A stretch of 64,000 bases of DNA. Origin: Pseudovirgaria hyperparasitica (taxonomy: Eukaryota). The position numbers and the translations under genes were made by a program. Below, in pieces: positions 60,126 to 64,000 of this stretch. The notes beneath the pieces are model-generated. The model ran no database searches and was not told the origin of the DNA. It was given only the letters and a program-made list of their open reading frames with translations. How positions within the stretch are numbered: the stretch's first letter is position 1; each line of letters begins with the position of its first letter. The stretch is from assembly GCA_010093815.1 (NCBI GenBank), contig ML996574.1. One strand, written 5' to 3'.

Positions 60126-60809
60126 ATGAACGAACACGGCGAGGACCCCGCCGACAGGGAGCTCTTCGACCAGAACGTCGCCATGCTTCTCCACGCCATG
60201 AAGGTATCAGACGCCGCTGATGCCGCTTGCGAAGAGCAGTCCGCCGCCGCCAACACCGAAGCAGCAGCGCCAGCTGCTCTTCCCACCACGACACCTGCCC
60301 TGCAACCCGCTTCCGCCACGCTGACAATCAGCACGCCCCTGCCCTCCCTCCCTGTCCGCTCCGCTCCGCCCGCCGCTGCCACCCTCACCACCACCGCACC
60401 CCCTGTCTCTGCCCCTCCGGCCCCTGACCGGGCTCGCCGCGCTGGAAACACCGCAGGAGTCCTCAGGGGTCTCACAGGTGAGCTACGGGGCACAAAGGTG
60501 CTCGGAAAGCTACGCAACGGCAACACGACGCATGTGATTTGCGACCAGGTCCGGACGGACCTCCGGAACGGCCTGCAACAGAGGCGTGACGATTTTTTGG
60601 AAGCACGTGAGGACATGGATTGCTTCGAATGTGCCACAGATGGCGGCCATTGCGATGGGGGCGCTGGCTGGACTGTAGCCTGTGGCAGATGCGCCACACT
60701 GGGACGGATCTGTGGGACCTTCAGTGGGAAGGTCATCACGGTGATGCCGTTGGCGCAGGGAGCTGGCGGTGACGGCTCGTCGCTTGGGTTGAGGTATTGG
60801 AAGAAATGA
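60126..60809 (+). CDS. Hypothetical 227-aa protein with an Ala/Pro/Thr linker and a C-terminal Zn2Cys6-like motif
   Basis: Strong start context (caaccATG), coding-like codon bias, C-x2-C-x6-C-x9-C-x2-C-x6-C near the C-terminus. Confidence 0.75.
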   Translation: MNEHGEDPADRELFDQNVAMLLHAMKVSDAADAACEEQSAAANTEAAAPAALPTTTPALQPASATLTISTPLPSLPVRSAPPAAATLTTTAPPVSAPPAPDRARRAGNTAGVLRGLTGELRGTKVLGKLRNGNTTHVICDQVRTDLRNGLQQRRDDFLEAREDMDCFECATDGGHCDGGAGWTVACGRCATLGRICGTFSGKVITVMPLAQGAGGDGSSLGLRYWKK

Positions 60810-61207
60810 GGGGAGGGAGGGGGAGATCTGGAATGGTTGGGTGAAGCTTTGGTGGTTTTGTTTGTCTTTTGCGTCTTTGAGAAGGTTGGCGGGGAGAAGT
60901 GTGCTGGAGATCGCGAAGGGAATGGGAGTCGGCGACCGTGACGCGGCGCTGGGAGTTTTTGCTTTTGCTATGTAGTATGACAATGAGAAGTCTGCTGCGT
61001 TGGATATATCGAACATTGATTGCTCCGTGAAAGCCGTGAATAACTGTCTACAGCCATTTTACAGTTCTATGAGTTTATACTGAGTTTAAAAAGGCGTGAT
61101 GAAGCCGCCGTGGGTATATGCAAACCTGATTTCAACCCATGCCCCTTCTATAAAATGACCAGTTGATGGTCGAAGGCCAAACTCCAACACCAAATATTGC
61201 TGGAATA

Positions 61208-63649
61208 TCAAATGTCCACCTGCTTCTCTGCCTCAAAAGCCCTCAGCGCGCTCGTGACCTTTGTTTCCATTTCCAGGAACTCGGCTTTGTCATCGCTCTG
61301 GATGGTAATGGCACCACCAGCGCCAATATCCCAGACGTCGCAAGTGTCATGTTCCTTGTCTAAGCCTTTGATCGCGGTACGTATGACGACGGAGAAGTCA
61401 CCGCCTCCGCCAACGTCCATGTAGCCCAGGACACCAGAGTAGATGCCGCGAGGTCGCTTTTCAATGTCTCGTAAGATCTCGCAGCTTCGTTTCTTGGGAG
61501 CACCTGTCATAGATCCTGGGGGTAGAGATGCCTTCAGGACATCAAGACCCTTTGGTGCAGTAGACTTTCCATCTTCGCTTGTTGGTAGCTGGCCTTCAAT
61601 TACTGATACGAGCTGATACACTGTCTCGTACTCCTCGACAACCATGCACTTCGGAACGCGGACGTTTGCAGCTCCAACTACGCCACTCAAGTCATGGCGG
61701 ACTAGGTCCACGATCATGAGATTTTCTGCTCGCTCTTTGCTGCTGTTCAAGATCTTGTGGGCTTCGTCGCGTGTCATGTCTGGACCTTTCTTGACAGTGC
61801 CTTTGATCGGTCGTAGCTGGCAAAGGCCTTTGCGGTCCCATCGGAGAAAGCGTTCGGGGCTGCTGCTAAGGATGACGGTGTCGCCCAAACACACATATGC
61901 ACCGTGAGGAGCTGGATTCTTGAGTCGGAGTCGCTGGTATAGATCCCAAACTGATAGTGCATCTAGTTTGGGTAGGCATATCCTAGTATTGTCTGTCAAA
62001 CATAGCTCATATGACTCGCCTTGCGCGAGTGAAGTCTGGCAGCATTGAACCTTGCTACGGTAGTTCGTCTCCTCGGGCGTCCTGATCTGCGCGAGTCCAA
62101 GACTCAAATCAAGGGGCTTACGACGAGGTTCCAAGCGAGACTCATTATATCGAGGCTGGTGACGTGTATTGACTGACCTTTTGGATCGGATCTTGGCTCT
62201 CATCTCCCGAATCCAGCATTCGTCGTCCGGTAGAAGGCTTTGAACATACACGTCCCCTGCACGATGGTCGATGACTATGCTCCGCTCAATAAAGGCAAAC
62301 TTGATATCTTGTCTCCCGTCATTATAACATGACTCGTGAGGCTTGACATCAATAGTCTCGAGGCCTGCCTCATACGAGATGTAGCCCATGAAGCCACCCC
62401 AGAATGGAACCGACTCGGGAAGTGTTCCTTTCAGTCCAGACGTAAAACAATATCTGTCGTACGAGCGTGGATCACACCTGTCCAGCGTGTCTTGAAGAAT
62501 CGGCCATATTCGGCTGATGGAATCAACCTGGGCGGAAAGTAGTTCGCCTCTCCGCGAAGTGTAACATAGCTCTTTATCTGTTGAACGGTACGTGATTTCT
62601 GGTGCCTGTGTCTGACCAGACGTTGGGATTCCTATAATGCTGAAACGTCCTGTCGCATGACCTTGAGAGTCCAGCATAACGATCCTGCTGCGATCAAGGT
62701 TCAAGTTCTCGCACAGCATTACTGGAGTGATTGATGGCCACGGGACTTTCCGCCACAAAAACGTGCCTGCATTACGAACCAGGTCAAATTTCACATCTGT
62801 AATCATCCCATCGATAGAATCGCTCAGACATATATCTCGAGTTGCACGCATACCATCTACACCAGGGGGTGCAACAGCGCTCAGTCTGTCGATTTTTGCT
62901 GTCATATCAGGGTCAGCTATGGTAACCGACCGTTGCCTTGAAATTGACCACGCTTGAGCACGACTCCACCAGTTCTGTATCATGTCCATTCCTTCTTTGG
63001 ACGTGCAGATGGATTCAGGATGGAATTGTACGCCCCAGAATGGCTTGTATAGATGCCTCGCAGCCATCAGTATAGGACCGTTGAGCTCATCCGATGAGTC
63101 CCATGCCAGAGGGAGCATCAGTGGACACTGAGGTGTTGAGTCCCATGTGGTAGTGCCCTCCCCAAGCACTGCATATAGCGAATGGTACTGTGTCGCATGC
63201 AGATTTCGAATGCCTTGAAAAATGTCCATGTCAATGTGCTGAATTTTGCTTACAGTTCCATGTCGAGCCCGCTGCAGTCTCTCGATCCTTGCACCATGAC
63301 TGAGGCATAGACTCTGGAACCCCAAGCATACACCAAAGATGGGCAGTATGTCAGCCTCCTGTAGCTGCCACAGCTGGTTGATAAGTCCGACATCCTTTGG
63401 TTTGGCTGGATGGCCAGGCCCCGGTCCAATGACAACGGCATCGAACGCTCTCAAGATGTCAAGTAGGCATCGGGACACCTCAACATCATTGATGCGGGCA
63501 ACTGAAACAACGGCATTGATCGACTGCTCAAGAAGTCCGACAATGTTGTTGGAGAAAGAATCAAAGGCGTCGATGTAGAGGATACGAGGCCGAGGCAAGC
63601 CACTGTGGCTGCCACCGAGGGGCGGAAAAGGCCCTAGGGCGATCGGCAT
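61208..63649 (-). CDS. ABZ1: Para-aminobenzoate (aminodeoxychorismate) synthase, fused GATase + chorismate-binding; intronless
   Basis: IDAFDSFSNN, IGPGPGHP, GVCLG, QYHSL, QFHPES; GESYELCLT, SSPERFL, PIKGT, KERAENLMIVDL, PPGSMTGAPK, RGIYSG. Confidence 0.96.
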   Translation of the reverse strand: MPIALGPFPPLGGSHSGLPRPRILYIDAFDSFSNNIVGLLEQSINAVVSVARINDVEVSRCLLDILRAFDAVVIGPGPGHPAKPKDVGLINQLWQLQEADILPIFGVCLGFQSLCLSHGARIERLQRARHGTVSKIQHIDMDIFQGIRNLHATQYHSLYAVLGEGTTTWDSTPQCPLMLPLAWDSSDELNGPILMAARHLYKPFWGVQFHPESICTSKEGMDMIQNWWSRAQAWSISRQRSVTIADPDMTAKIDRLSAVAPPGVDGMRATRDICLSDSIDGMITDVKFDLVRNAGTFLWRKVPWPSITPVMLCENLNLDRSRIVMLDSQGHATGRFSIIGIPTSGQTQAPEITYRSTDKELCYTSRRGELLSAQVDSISRIWPILQDTLDRCDPRSYDRYCFTSGLKGTLPESVPFWGGFMGYISYEAGLETIDVKPHESCYNDGRQDIKFAFIERSIVIDHRAGDVYVQSLLPDDECWIREMRAKIRSKRSVNTRHQPRYNESRLEPRRKPLDLSLGLAQIRTPEETNYRSKVQCCQTSLAQGESYELCLTDNTRICLPKLDALSVWDLYQRLRLKNPAPHGAYVCLGDTVILSSSPERFLRWDRKGLCQLRPIKGTVKKGPDMTRDEAHKILNSSKERAENLMIVDLVRHDLSGVVGAANVRVPKCMVVEEYETVYQLVSVIEGQLPTSEDGKSTAPKGLDVLKASLPPGSMTGAPKKRSCEILRDIEKRPRGIYSGVLGYMDVGGGGDFSVVIRTAIKGLDKEHDTCDVWDIGAGGAITIQSDDKAEFLEMETKVTSALRAFEAEKQVDI

Positions 63650-64000
63650 TTCCTCATTCAGCCGGAAACGACGTTGAGCGCTTCAGTATGGTTACCAGGA
63701 AGACATGCTGCGTGTTGATGAAGGCTTGGATATTTTGCTACGCCTCCAAAGCAGGATGGGAGCGAAGATTTCTGCTGGGGAGATGGTTTTTTTGGACCTG
63801 GCACGCTAACGTTGATTCCCGGACCGGTCTCTGGCTCTCGCCGCTCGGAAAGCCAAGTCGGTATGAACAAGGATATCAATCGGTGCCCGACATCCGGATA
63901 TCATCATAAACGCGTCGAATTAGCCAGACTGGGGTGTTGTGAAGTAATTGAAATGACTCTGTATTCAGATATGCAACTAGCTCGTATATTGCTACTCTGA

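Noticed and set aside
1399..63649. Secondary-metabolite cluster or stop-codon readthrough (TGA-CTA) peroxisomal signals
   Set aside because: No PKS, NRPS or terpene backbone gene is present, and none of the enzyme stop codons I checked has the TGA-CTA context.

Overview
Eukaryotic, filamentous-ascomycete-type genomic DNA: short GT-AG introns with CTAAC/CTGAC branch points and Pezizomycotina-style proteins. The species cannot be determined from the sequence. About 21 genes can be read: an old-yellow-enzyme oxidoreductase, a small secreted Cys-rich peptide, a DUF2235/Tle1-like hydrolase, a flavodoxin-fold FMN reductase, a Rieske + ferritin-like (DUF455) fusion, Spt20, a Pex22-like protein, an SRA/YDG protein, choline kinase, an auxin-efflux-carrier family transporter, the MAPKK Pbs2, a secreted Cys-rich protein, Atp12, a Zn2Cys6 transcription factor, a hybrid histidine kinase, an F-box-like protein, Leu2, a class III aminotransferase, an LtrA-like membrane protein, an orphan with a C-terminal Zn-cluster-like motif, and PABA synthase. 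There is also a truncated coiled-coil gene at the left edge, an SRPK kinase pseudogene, weaker decayed-gene relics at 56.8-59.5 kb, many microsatellites (12-42 kb) and a 905-N assembly gap. I saw no CRISPR array, tRNA, rRNA or intact transposon. The best leads are: a tail-to-tail FMN-reductase / Rieske-diiron pair, a strand-asymmetric structured RNA candidate at about 47.6-47.9 kb, a recurring (GC)TGATGCCTGAGG promoter word, a non-basic C-terminal Zn2Cys6-like orphan, and an in-frame GC-AG intron. All family assignments come from motif recognition by eye, not from database searches.
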